Positions 28,625-38,378 of a DNA stretch of 64,000 bases are shown piece after piece (the stretch's first letter is position 1; each line of letters opens with the position of its first letter). The DNA lies in contig CBDBMW010000012.1 of assembly GCA_965207595.1 (NCBI GenBank), forward strand, positions 1,154,462-1,218,461. The letters run 5' to 3'. The notes beneath the pieces were generated by a model. The model ran no database searches and was not told the DNA's origin. It was given only the letters and a program-made list of their open reading frames with translations. Source of the stretch: Vicinamibacterales bacterium (GTDB lineage Bacteria > Acidobacteriota > Vicinamibacteria > Vicinamibacterales > UBA8438). Position numbers and translations under genes: made by a program.

Positions 28625-28721
28625 CCAAGCCGGGAGCCGACAAAGGAATGCCCCAGCCGACACCACGCGAGGCACTGCAGCAACGACAAAGGGACTCTCA
28701 GTGACCACCGCGAGACCGATC

Positions 28722-29271
28722 ATGGTCGACTTGGACCGGCTGCTTCGACTCAGACTTGTCGTTGCCCGGTTCGGCGAAATGGACTTGGCTCGCTGGTGGA
28801 ACACCAACGGCATGCTCGGCCACCAGGGCACCGTTGTCCTCAAGCGCGGTTTTCCGGTGACGCACTACTTCGCGCAGGCGCGCGTTGTCTTCGCCGTGGC
28901 GCGCAGTCGCTGCCACGAACTGTTCCACCTCCCCGGCAGCATGACGCTGTGGGATCTGCCCGTTCACGTCGAAGACGCGTACGAGGATCGCTGGCACACA
29001 TGGCTTGACGAGACGGGCTGGGTCGGGATGTTTGAGCGCCTCGCTGCGCTTGGAGCCCAGAAACCTGTTGGACGCTCTGACGGACTTCGAGCTGCTTTCC
29101 CAAGCCCAGCGTGACGCCGTGGTGCAGTTGCGGCGCTCCGCAGAGGGCCGCGCTGTACCACTTCCTGGGACCCACGTAGCCAACGACGACGTCATCACCT
29201 TGCTCGCCGCCGGTTTCTCGCTTGGACGAGTCGAGAGTCCGGCGGTTCCTTATGCCAGACTGGAGGATTGA
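28722..29271 (+). pseudogene. BREX-linked small protein upstream of brxA (possibly BrxE-like), apparently split by a +1 frame change near 29040-29055
   Basis: Frame 0 is protein-like from MVDLDRLLRLRLVVARFGEMDLARWWNTNG... to ...GWVGMFERLAAL. Protein-like sequence with G/C-rich third codon positions then continues in frame +1 (LEPRNLLDALTDFELLSQAQRDAVVQLRR...PAVPYARLED*), ending 20 nt inside brxA. The family assignment is tentative. Confidence 0.45.
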
Positions 29272-30058
29272 TTTGGCGAGGTCCCGCGCCAACTCCGTCT
29301 CCTCGTTCACAATCATCAAGGGAGCGCTGCTTGACGAGACGTACGTTGCGTTCCGGCATTGGGATTTCGACAGCTCCAAGTCCGAGAACCTCTGGAGGAT
29401 CAGGTCGAGCGGCGTCCTCTCCTTCACGAGCACCCATTGGCTTCGAGACGTGTTATGGGTTCTGAACCGCCGCTTCGACCCCCAGGAGCGGGACCGGCCG
29501 TTGATTGAACTTGCTAAGGCCGGCTGCAAGCGCGACGTTTGGAAGCCGCTGCTGCTGTGGCACATGACTCGCGATGAGTTCCTTCTTCGGGACTTCCTCT
29601 CCGGTTGGCTCTACGATTGCTACAGTGTCGGTATGAATCGGATTCGTACCGACGATGTCGTTCCCTACCTTCGGCGCCTCGGGACGCAGCCGGGTGTGAC
29701 AGTCTCGCGTAGCTGGTCGGAAGCAACAGTGTCTCGTGTCGCTTCAGGCCTGTTGCGGATTGCCACGGACTTCGATCTCCTCGCTGGGATACAGGTCAAG
29801 GAATTCACCCCGTACCACTTGCCCGATGAGAGCTTCCTGTACTTGCTGCACGCGATGGCCGAGACGGAGCTCAATGCCCGGAGGATTGTCGACTCCCCGG
29901 ACTGGCACATGTACCTAATGAACGCTGCGGACGTGGAGCGTGAGTTGCTCCGGTTGCACCAGTATCGGCGCCTTCACTTCGATATGGCCGGCAGCCTCGC
30001 CCGGCTCGACTTGCCGCGCGGTTCGAGCGCCGAATACGCCAAGGAGCTTGTGCGGTGA
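29252..30058 (+). CDS. brxA: BREX protein BrxA (DUF1819)
   Basis: It lies directly upstream of brxB with a GTGA overlap. The N-terminal SSFTIIKGALLDETY... pattern and the helical content fit DUF1819. An alternative TTG start lies at 29222. Confidence 0.7.
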   Translation: MPDWRIDLARSRANSVSSFTIIKGALLDETYVAFRHWDFDSSKSENLWRIRSSGVLSFTSTHWLRDVLWVLNRRFDPQERDRPLIELAKAGCKRDVWKPLLLWHMTRDEFLLRDFLSGWLYDCYSVGMNRIRTDDVVPYLRRLGTQPGVTVSRSWSEATVSRVASGLLRIATDFDLLAGIQVKEFTPYHLPDESFLYLLHAMAETELNARRIVDSPDWHMYLMNAADVERELLRLHQYRRLHFDMAGSLARLDLPRGSSAEYAKELVR

Positions 30059-30633
30059 CCACCTGGAGGGAGAGGCTGACGGAGCAGTTGGAGCCAGTGC
30101 TTCGGAGCCCGGATCCGCGCGCCGGTATCAGCGCCTACCACGACATGCCGTACGCGATCTTCCTGTACCCGCCGGAGGCGGAGTTCGACGTGCGTCAGGA
30201 GCTCGCGCTGTTGCGCACCCGGCTGGAGCAGGCCGGCAAGCGGGTCACGAGGATCTCCCTCGCCGAGTGCCTGCACACCGCCCTCGAGGCCGAACAAATG
30301 GGAACCGCTGCACTGGTCGATGCGGAGCGATCCGCGGGCCTTGAGCCGACGATCGAGACCATCCACCAGGTACTCAGTGAGTATCAACCCCTCGACGAGC
30401 TGGTGGCTCGGCGGATTCCGCCAGACGCTGATCCACTGCGTGACGTGGTCTTCATCGTGCGCGCGGGCGCTCTGTTCCCTATGTACCGAACGTCGTCGCT
30501 GCTCGAGCAGCTGAAGGGAAGGGTCCACGTGCCAGCGGTTCTCTACTATCCCGGCGAGCTCGACGGCGCGGCAGGCCTGAGGTTCATGGGCGTCCTCGAT
30601 GCGGAGCACAACTACCGGCCGAAGATCTTCTGA
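30055..30633 (+). CDS. brxB: BREX protein BrxB (DUF1788)
   Basis: A 192-aa protein with ISAYHDMPYAIFLYPPEAEF...VVFIVRAGALFPMYRTSSLLEQL...VLYYPGE, characteristic of DUF1788. Confidence 0.9.
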   Translation: MTTWRERLTEQLEPVLRSPDPRAGISAYHDMPYAIFLYPPEAEFDVRQELALLRTRLEQAGKRVTRISLAECLHTALEAEQMGTAALVDAERSAGLEPTIETIHQVLSEYQPLDELVARRIPPDADPLRDVVFIVRAGALFPMYRTSSLLEQLKGRVHVPAVLYYPGELDGAAGLRFMGVLDAEHNYRPKIF

Positions 30634-30653
30634 AGCGAGGGAGGACGCGCGAG

Positions 30654-33600
30654 ATGACGCACGAGACGGTGAAGGACCTCTTCGCCGGCAACATCCATCG
30701 TCGCATCGAGGAGGTCATCAAGGTCGATCAGACCGACGAGCAGACCCTCAGGGATGAGCTGGCCGAGTACGTGGTCACGGACTCCCTCTGTGGACACTTC
30801 GTCGACATCCTCGAGCGATACCGCGAGACGCCCAACAAGCCGCACGAGGGGGTCGGTGTCTGGGTCTCCGGCTTCTTCGGCTCCGGCAAGTCGAGTTTCG
30901 CGAAGTACCTCGGGCTCGCCCTCGAGAACCGTAGTATTCTGGGCGATGGCGCTGCGGATCTGTTTGCGCAACGTACGGGCGATTCCCGAGTCGAGGTGCT
31001 GCTCCGGAACATCGCCGAGCATGTCCCGACCGACGCGGTGATCTTTGACGTGTCGACCAACCGGGGGATCCGTACCGGCAACCAGACGATCACGGAGATC
31101 ATGTACCGGCTCTTCCTGCAGCGCCTGGGCTATGCCCGTGACCTCGATCTGTCGGAACTTGAGATTACGCTCGAAGGTGAGGATCGGCTCGCCGAGTTCA
31201 AGAAGACGTACCACGAGGTGTTCGACAAGGACTGGGACGTTGAGAAAGGCAAGGTCGCCATCGCGGTTCAGCAGGCCAGCCGCGTCATGCATGCGCTAGA
31301 CTCCGCGACCTACCCTACGGCCGATAGCTGGCGCGCCGCGGCGCACCGTCGCGCCGATATCACCCCCGGGCTTCTCGCCGAGCGGTGCAGGCAGCTCATG
31401 GCGCGGCGGCGCAACGGGCGGAGTCTGCTGTTCGTGGTCGACGAGGTCGGCCAGTTCGTAGCCCGCGACGTTCAAAAGATGCTCGATCTCCAAGCAGTCG
31501 TGCAGAGTCTCGGCCGGGTCGGCCGCGGAAGGATGTGGTTGGCCGTCACGTCTCAGGAGAAGCTGACGGAGCTGGTCGGTGGTCTCGATGACAGGCGTGT
31601 CGAACTCGCTCGCCTCATGGATCGTTTCCCGCTCCAGGTCCACCTCGAGCCGGCGGACATCTCCGAAGTCGCGAGCAGGCGCGTCCTGTCGAAGCACGCC
31701 GGCGCGCAGCAGTCTCTTCGGGACCTCTTCGTCGAGCACCGCGGCCGACTCGCCGACAACACGCGACTGACCGCGGACATCCGCCTTCAGGAGTTCGACA
31801 CGGAATCGTTCGTCGACCTCTACCCGCTGCTCCCGTACCACATCGACCTGATCATCCAGATCGTCTCGGGCCTTCGGACCCAAGGGGGGGCGAGCAAGCA
31901 CGTCGGCGGCGCCAACCGAACGATCATCAAGCTCGCCCAGCAACTGCTCATCCACCCCAACGTCGCGCTGGGCAACAAGCCGGTCGGTACGCTCGCGACC
32001 ATTGATCAGATCTACGATCTCGTGTCGGGGAACATCGCCAGCGATATCCGCGGCAAGATCGACTCGATTGCCAAGGACGTGCCGCACCCGCTGGCCCAGC
32101 GGGCAGCCAAGGCGACCTGCCTGCTTCAATACGTCCGTAGCATTCACCGCACGGCCGAGAACATCGCTGCCACTCTGCAGTCCTCGGTGAGCGGCGACTC
32201 GCGGCTCTCCGAGGTAACTGCAGCCCTTGACGCCCTGCTCGCGGCCCACAAGATCCGGCACGGCGACGATGGCTACCGCATCCCGTCGCCGGCCGAGGAC
32301 GATTGGGAGCGCCAACGCGCGAGCCTGTCACCCAAGCCCGGCGACGTCAGCCGACTCCACGCGGAAACCGTCGCAGTGCTGTGGCAGCCGCAGCCCTCGC
32401 ACATGCTGCTCAACGTCAAGAACTTCAAGGCCGGCCTATACCTCAACGGCCGGCTGGTCACCGACGGCGACATCCCGGCCCATCTAACCCTGGCCGAGGT
32501 CGGCGCCGAGCACACCGACCGCATCGAAGAGATGCGCCAGCGCAGCCAGCGAGAAACCAAGAGCATCTTCTGGGTCGCCGCGCTCGACGAGGCGATCGTC
32601 CGCGAAACCGTCGAGCTATACCGTAGCCAGGAGATCCTCGCTCGCAAGGAGCGCGCCGCCCAGACGAAGGACGAGACCGCGCTCGTTGCCGACGAGAAGC
32701 GGCGGTCGCGCCGGCACCAGGACGAGCTGAGACGGCTCCTGAATCAGGCGCTGCTGTCCGGTGCGATCTTCTTCCGCGGCAACGACCGAAGCCCCGACGA
32801 TAGAGTCACCGAGGTTGGCAGGGCGGCATCCGGCGCGCTGGCGCACGCGTTGCCGGCCGTGTTCGAGCGCTTCAAGGAGGCCGCCGCTCGCGTCTCCAAG
32901 AACGACCTCGACGCGCTCTTGAGCACCGAGAACCTGCGCGGCCTAACGGCTGTCTTCTCCGAGCTCTCTCTCTCGTGCGCGATCGTGACGGCAAGCCCGT
33001 CTTCGAGGCCGACAGCGGCCCGCTAGCCGAAGTACTCGGCCGCATCCGGAACCGCACGAGCTACGGTGAGACGGCCAGCGGACGCTACCTTGCCGACGAG
33101 TTCTCCAAGGAACCCTTCGGCTGGGAATTCGACGTCGTTCGGCTGCTGATCGTGTCGCTCCTGCGAGCCGGGAAGATCGAAGCGACCAGCAAGGGGCAAG
33201 TCATCAAGACGGCGCTGTCCTTGGACGCAAAGAGCACGTTCCCGAACAACAACCTCTTTCGCCAAGCCTCATTCCTCCCCACGGTCGGCCTCGAGTTTCA
33301 GCGCGTCGTCGAGGCCTACGGGCATTTCCGCGACGTCTTCGGTCACGACATCTCCGAGCTCCAGCAGGGTGCCGTGGCGACGGCGATCCGCGCGGCGGTG
33401 ATGGGGGGCGCGGAGGAGCTCCGCCATGTGCATGTGACCATGGTGCAGCAACGCCTTCCAGGTGCCGACGTGCTGCGGAACGCGCTCGACCAGATGCACT
33501 CCATCCTCAGGGGCACAGAGGACGACGCGATCCTGACCTTCAACGCCGTATACAAGGAGCTGAAGGAAGCCACCAAGCGCGGCGCCGAGCTGTTGGCTGT

Positions 33601-34195
33601 CCTGACGCCTCCACGACTCCAGGACATCGAACGCGCGCGAGCTGCCCTGGGCACCTACGAGACTTTCCTGAAGCGGGAATCCGGCGTCAACCCGGAAGTT
33701 CACGACCACGCCGCCAAGCTCGACGACCTGCTCCGGCGCGAGACCTTCTTCAAGGAACTCGCCGCCATCCACCAGCACGCCCGAGCCCTCACCACGGAGT
33801 ACGAGTTCCGGCACGAGGAAGCGGCGGCCCAGCGGGCAACCGTCTATCGGGCCGCACTCGACGAGCTGCACAGCACGCCGGCCTGGGCTCAACTCAACGA
33901 CGCGCAGCGGCAGCGCCTCGAAGCTGTGTTGGCAGCGCGGGCACGAATCGCCCGCGAAGCCGATACCCCGGTTCCCATGCTGCGCGAGCAGCGCGACGCC
34001 TGCCCGCTCATCCTCGGCAAGACAATAGAGAAGCTGCTGCAGATCACCGACGGTGATCGCGTCGAGCGCGTGAGCGCAGCGCGGTACTTCAGCGCCGGAA
34101 TCGAGACGGAGGAGCAGCTCGAAGAGGCGCTAGCGGCACTGCGGGACAAGTGCCTGGAGCTCATCGCCGCGCGCAAGAAGATCCTGGTCCAGTAG
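30654..34195 (+). pseudogene. brxC: BREX P-loop ATPase BrxC/PglY, with the reading frame broken at a (CT)5 repeat (ORFs 30654..33026 and 32975..34195)
   Basis: A GAGGGAGGA Shine-Dalgarno sequence precedes the ATG. The Walker A is GFFGSGKSSFAKYLG. The two ORFs of 790 and 406 aa add up to the ~1200 aa expected for BrxC. The frame switch maps to CTCTCTCTCTC at 32964-32974. Confidence 0.9.
32964..32974 (+). repeat. (CT)5C dinucleotide microsatellite at the brxC frame break
   Basis: Read directly as gag CTCTCTCTCTC gtg. Deleting 2 nt (or adding 4 nt) joins ...FSELSL to VRDRDGKPVFEADSG... in one frame. Confidence 0.95.
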
Positions 34196-34202
34196 GACAA
34201 CG

Positions 34203-37200
34203 ATGGACCGCGAAACTCGAAACCAGATACAGCACGCGACCCAGGATGCCAGGGTCTTGCTCGAGGAGGAGTACGCCGAGCAGCTCCAGGGGATCTTCGA
34301 CATCCGCCTTGATGGGACCATCGCCGACACTGCCGGACCTCACCTCGATCTCCGTCAGCGCCTCGTCCGGTCAAAACTCGTCGCTGCAATCACGCACTTG
34401 TCCTCCGCAAACCGCTCACCGGAGGAGGCCGTTGCCTCCTACTTGCGCGAGGCGGCATTTACCACACTCAATCGCTTCGTCGCACTGAAGATGTTGGAGG
34501 CGCGGGGCCTCGTGCAGGAGTGCCTATCCCGCGGCCAGGAATCGAGCGGCTTCCGGGAGTTCGCCGGTCTGGCTCCGGGCCTCGTGCAACTCTCCGACAG
34601 CGGCTACCGTCTTTATTTGGAGAGCCTCTTCGACGAAATCGCCCGCGACGTGCGCGTCCTCTTCGATCGCCGTGACCCAGCTAGCCTACTCTGGCCCCGC
34701 TGGCAGGTGCTCTTAGATCTGCAGCGAATCCTCAACGGCCCGGAATTGGAAACCGTGTGGGACCAAGACGAGACCATCGGTTGGGTCTACCAGTACTTCA
34801 ACAGTCGCGACGACAGGCAGCGGGCTCGATACGCGGAGAAGGGCCAACCGAAGGCGCCACAGAACAGCTACGAACTGGCCGTGCGCAACCAGTTCTTCAC
34901 ACCGCGCTACGTGGTCCGTTTCCTTACCGACAACACGCTGCGCCGCGTCTGGTATGAGATGCGTCGGGGAGACACGTCCCTGCGCGACCTAGAATACCTC
35001 GTGCGCCGTCCGAACGAGGTATTCCTCGACGAAGCGCAGGAGCCGCCAGCTAGCGTGGACCCCGGTGAAGGCCAGCGCCCCCTGCATGTACCCTTCCGGC
35101 CGAGGAAGGATCCACGTGACATTCGCGTGCTCGACCCTGCCTGCGGATCGGGTCACTTTCTTCTCTATGCCTTCGATTTGCTGGTCACAATCTATGACGA
35201 GGCATGGGAGGACACGACGTCACCACCATCCGCGTCCACAGGGCGCGCCCTCCGCGACGACCATCCACAGCGCGAGGCCTTCCGCGCGGCGGTCCCCGGT
35301 CTGATTCTGCGCCACAACCTCCACGGCATCGACATCGACAATCGGTGTGTTCAAATAGCGGCACTCACGCTTTGGATGCGGTCACAGCGCGTCTATTCCG
35401 CCTTAGGCATTCCGGACGAACGCCGGCCGGCCATCCAGAAGACGAACATCGTCACCGCGGAACCCATGTCCGGAGAGCCCGAGCTCGCGAAGCACTTCAT
35501 AGGCACCCTGAGCACAGACGTTGCACAACTCGTCAAGCACGTCTTCGACCAGATGGAACTCGCTGGCGAAGTGGGATCACTGCTTCGAATTGAGGACGAG
35601 ATTCGCGACGCCGTCCGTCGGGTGAGCGGGCGGATCGGGGGCCTTTTCCGGAAGTCCGACCAAAGTCGTTGGAAGCTCGTGGAGGCGCAGCTGCGCCTCG
35701 CGCTCAACGACTATTCGACAAGGACAATTACTGATCGGCCCTTTGCGCGGCGGCTGTTTTCTCATGACACCGCTCAGGGTCTTTCGCTAATTGACCTATG
35801 CCAACAGAAGTACGATGCGATTGTCTTGAATCCACCTTACGGAACACTTACACCGCGAGCTGCACATTACGCCTCCCCGCGATATCCGGACTCTCGGCTC
35901 GATTGCGCCATGGCATTTGCTCAAAGGAGTCTCCAGCTCGCACAACGAAACGGCCTTGTGGGCGCGCTGCTAACAAGGACTGTACTTCTTCAGCCGCGGG
36001 CAAGCGCCTGGCGGCAATCGTGTCTACAAAAGGGGAGCCGGCTGATCGCGGTCGCCGATCTAGGGTACGGTGTCCTGGACGCTACAGTTGAGACCGCCGC
36101 GTTGTGCTACCAATCAGGGCAACGACGTGATTCCGTTTGGATACGACTTGTGAACCTCAACAACAAGAACGCCGAGTTGCGTCGAGCGATTGGCGAGCTT
36201 AGCCGAGGTAAATCGCCAACTATCGCGTACCTGATATCCAACGCCGACCTGAGTCGCTTCCCAAAATACCCCTTCTCCTATTGGGCCCCGCCCAGAGTCG
36301 CACAGCTCTTCGAAACAACGCCGTGCTTCGAAACGAAGCGCCGACGAATCCGGTGCGGAATGGGCACACTCGACGACTATCGTTTTGTGCGTGCATGGTG
36401 GGAGGTCAAGCCAACGAGTCTAGCGCGAAGACAAAAGGACACGCACTCAACTGCCCGATGGGTCGCCTTCGCCAAAGCGGGAGAAACGGCACCGTTCTTG
36501 TCTGATACGCCGCTAGTGGTTAACTACTCGGAGAACGGGAAGGAGGTAAAAGCCCTCGTGGAGCAGAAAGTCGGTACCGCGAGCCGTAAGGTGCAAGCTG
36601 AAAGATACTACTTCTGCAGTGGTCTCCAGTTTGGGCGGCGTGTGAGACACCTTTCGCCGGCTCTTCTACCCGCGGGCCAGATCTTTTCGGATAGTACGAA
36701 CGCCATTTTCATTGAGGGAGCGAATCCTAGTGAACTGCTTGCTTACCTCGGCTTGTTATCCGGGCAACCTGTCAGGCTTCTACTTTCCTTGTTCGCCCCG
36801 GTCCGAAAGATGGAGGTTGGATATCTGAAGAGGCTTCCTGTGCCGCACCCTGGAGGCCACGAAGAGGAGTTGGCCGCGGTCGCGCGTGCGGGTGTCTGGC
36901 GCGCACACGAGCGGCTCCGTCGGAAGGAAACATCGCGGTACTTTGAAGCACCCCATGCGATCCTCGGTTCGGGGAACGGTGCCACGGACGTCGAACTCGA
37001 AGCGACTCGGTTGGCGACGGAGGCGTTTGGCATCCGGAACGAGGACCTTGCCACGATTGCGGCGGCAGCTGAACTGGAGGGCGATCGAGAACCGGTGGAG
37101 GCGGATCGAGACGCAGCGGATTGCTCCGTGGACTTGCTGAGTTGGACATTCGGCATTGCTTTCCGACGCTTCTGCCCGTACCGCCCGGAGCCGAATGCGG

Positions 37201-38378
37201 CGTCCGCGCGCGATCCCTTGTCCTTGCTTGAACCAATGCCTGTGCCACCTCCGGCGCTGGATCATGAATCGCCACCAATCGGCGCGGACTGGATCCTCGT
37301 GGACGATCAAGGGCATCAACGGGATGTCCTTCGAGCGTCACAAAGGGCTTTCGACGAGGCGACGTCGCGGTTCCCTGAGATAACGTGGGATGTGGCATGG
37401 GAGGCCGTGATTGGAAAGCGCGGTTCTGCGCGGGCATGGATGGCAAAGCGGGGATTCGCGCACCACCTGCGCCGCTATTCGAGCGGCAATCGCAAGGCTC
37501 CCGTTTACTGGCAGCTCGCGACGCCCACCGCAAGTTATTCCGTTTGGCTTTACTACCATCGGTTTACACGGGACACGCTCTATCGCGTTCTCAGTGAGTA
37601 CGTGGTTCCCAAGCTGAATTACGAGGAACGCAAGCTGGCGGGCATGACCCGTGACGCTTCCCCGAGCTCGCCGCCCAGTGAGCGCAAGAGGATCGACGGG
37701 CAGGAGCAATTCGTTGCCGAACTGCGCACCTTCCGAGACGAGATCGCCCGGGTCGCGCCGCTCTGGAATCCCGATCCGGACGACGGCGTCATCATCAACT
37801 TTTCCCTTCTCTGGCGCCTCGTGCCGCACCACCGTTCGTGGCAGAAGGAGTGCAGGCGGGTCTGGTACGAGCTTGTCGACGGGGAGTACGACTGGGCCCA
37901 CTTGGCGATGCGATTCTGGCCCGAACGAGTTGTCCCGCGCTGCGCCGACGACCGCAGCTTTGCGATCGCGCACGGTCTCGAAAGAGTCTTCTGGGAGGAG
38001 AGGGGCGGCAAGTGGACGTCCAGGAGGGTATCCGGTGACGTCATGGACCGGCTCATCGAAGAGCGCACGTCGACAGCGGTTAAGTTTGCCATTGATGATT
38101 TGCTGGGGACCCCGGCTTCTGTCGGGTTTTCCCGGGGCCATCGGGGTTGGAGGCGGAGACGGTCGGCATCGAACGGCGGAATCCGCGACGCCGTGAGAGA
38201 GGTGATCTCCGCCTCGCGCGATGGTGCGAGCAAGTCGGACATCATCAAAGCGACCGGCATTAGCGACCCTGACTGGCACGCGGCGATCGGCGCGCTGCTG
38301 GCTCGGGGCATAGTCACGAAGACCGGCACAGTGGGCGGAACACGCTACTGCCTCTCTGAGAAGGGGGGCAGTGCGTGA
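34203..38378 (+). CDS. pglX: BREX-1 adenine-specific DNA methyltransferase PglX (1391 aa, with a C-terminal extension)
   Basis: It has SAM motif I (VLDPACGSGHFLLYAF) and catalytic motif IV (VLNPPYG). It is collinear with the PglX family up to ...ERTSTAVKFAIDDLL. About 80 extra C-terminal aa look wHTH-like. Confidence 0.95.
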   Translation: MDRETRNQIQHATQDARVLLEEEYAEQLQGIFDIRLDGTIADTAGPHLDLRQRLVRSKLVAAITHLSSANRSPEEAVASYLREAAFTTLNRFVALKMLEARGLVQECLSRGQESSGFREFAGLAPGLVQLSDSGYRLYLESLFDEIARDVRVLFDRRDPASLLWPRWQVLLDLQRILNGPELETVWDQDETIGWVYQYFNSRDDRQRARYAEKGQPKAPQNSYELAVRNQFFTPRYVVRFLTDNTLRRVWYEMRRGDTSLRDLEYLVRRPNEVFLDEAQEPPASVDPGEGQRPLHVPFRPRKDPRDIRVLDPACGSGHFLLYAFDLLVTIYDEAWEDTTSPPSASTGRALRDDHPQREAFRAAVPGLILRHNLHGIDIDNRCVQIAALTLWMRSQRVYSALGIPDERRPAIQKTNIVTAEPMSGEPELAKHFIGTLSTDVAQLVKHVFDQMELAGEVGSLLRIEDEIRDAVRRVSGRIGGLFRKSDQSRWKLVEAQLRLALNDYSTRTITDRPFARRLFSHDTAQGLSLIDLCQQKYDAIVLNPPYGTLTPRAAHYASPRYPDSRLDCAMAFAQRSLQLAQRNGLVGALLTRTVLLQPRASAWRQSCLQKGSRLIAVADLGYGVLDATVETAALCYQSGQRRDSVWIRLVNLNNKNAELRRAIGELSRGKSPTIAYLISNADLSRFPKYPFSYWAPPRVAQLFETTPCFETKRRRIRCGMGTLDDYRFVRAWWEVKPTSLARRQKDTHSTARWVAFAKAGETAPFLSDTPLVVNYSENGKEVKALVEQKVGTASRKVQAERYYFCSGLQFGRRVRHLSPALLPAGQIFSDSTNAIFIEGANPSELLAYLGLLSGQPVRLLLSLFAPVRKMEVGYLKRLPVPHPGGHEEELAAVARAGVWRAHERLRRKETSRYFEAPHAILGSGNGATDVELEATRLATEAFGIRNEDLATIAAAAELEGDREPVEADRDAADCSVDLLSWTFGIAFRRFCPYRPEPNAASARDPLSLLEPMPVPPPALDHESPPIGADWILVDDQGHQRDVLRASQRAFDEATSRFPEITWDVAWEAVIGKRGSARAWMAKRGFAHHLRRYSSGNRKAPVYWQLATPTASYSVWLYYHRFTRDTLYRVLSEYVVPKLNYEERKLAGMTRDASPSSPPSERKRIDGQEQFVAELRTFRDEIARVAPLWNPDPDDGVIINFSLLWRLVPHHRSWQKECRRVWYELVDGEYDWAHLAMRFWPERVVPRCADDRSFAIAHGLERVFWEERGGKWTSRRVSGDVMDRLIEERTSTAVKFAIDDLLGTPASVGFSRGHRGWRRRRSASNGGIRDAVREVISASRDGASKSDIIKATGISDPDWHAAIGALLARGIVTKTGTVGGTRYCLSEKGGSA

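Noticed and set aside
31884-31890. The G7 run inside brxC (and other 7-nt C/G runs at 15920-15926, 23479-23485, 28248-28254 and 51381-51387) as phase-variation tracts.
   Set aside because: All are in frame within intact reading frames and encode Gly/Pro pairs. Runs of 7 are not unusual at this GC content. Only the G11 tract and the (CT)5 repeat stand out.
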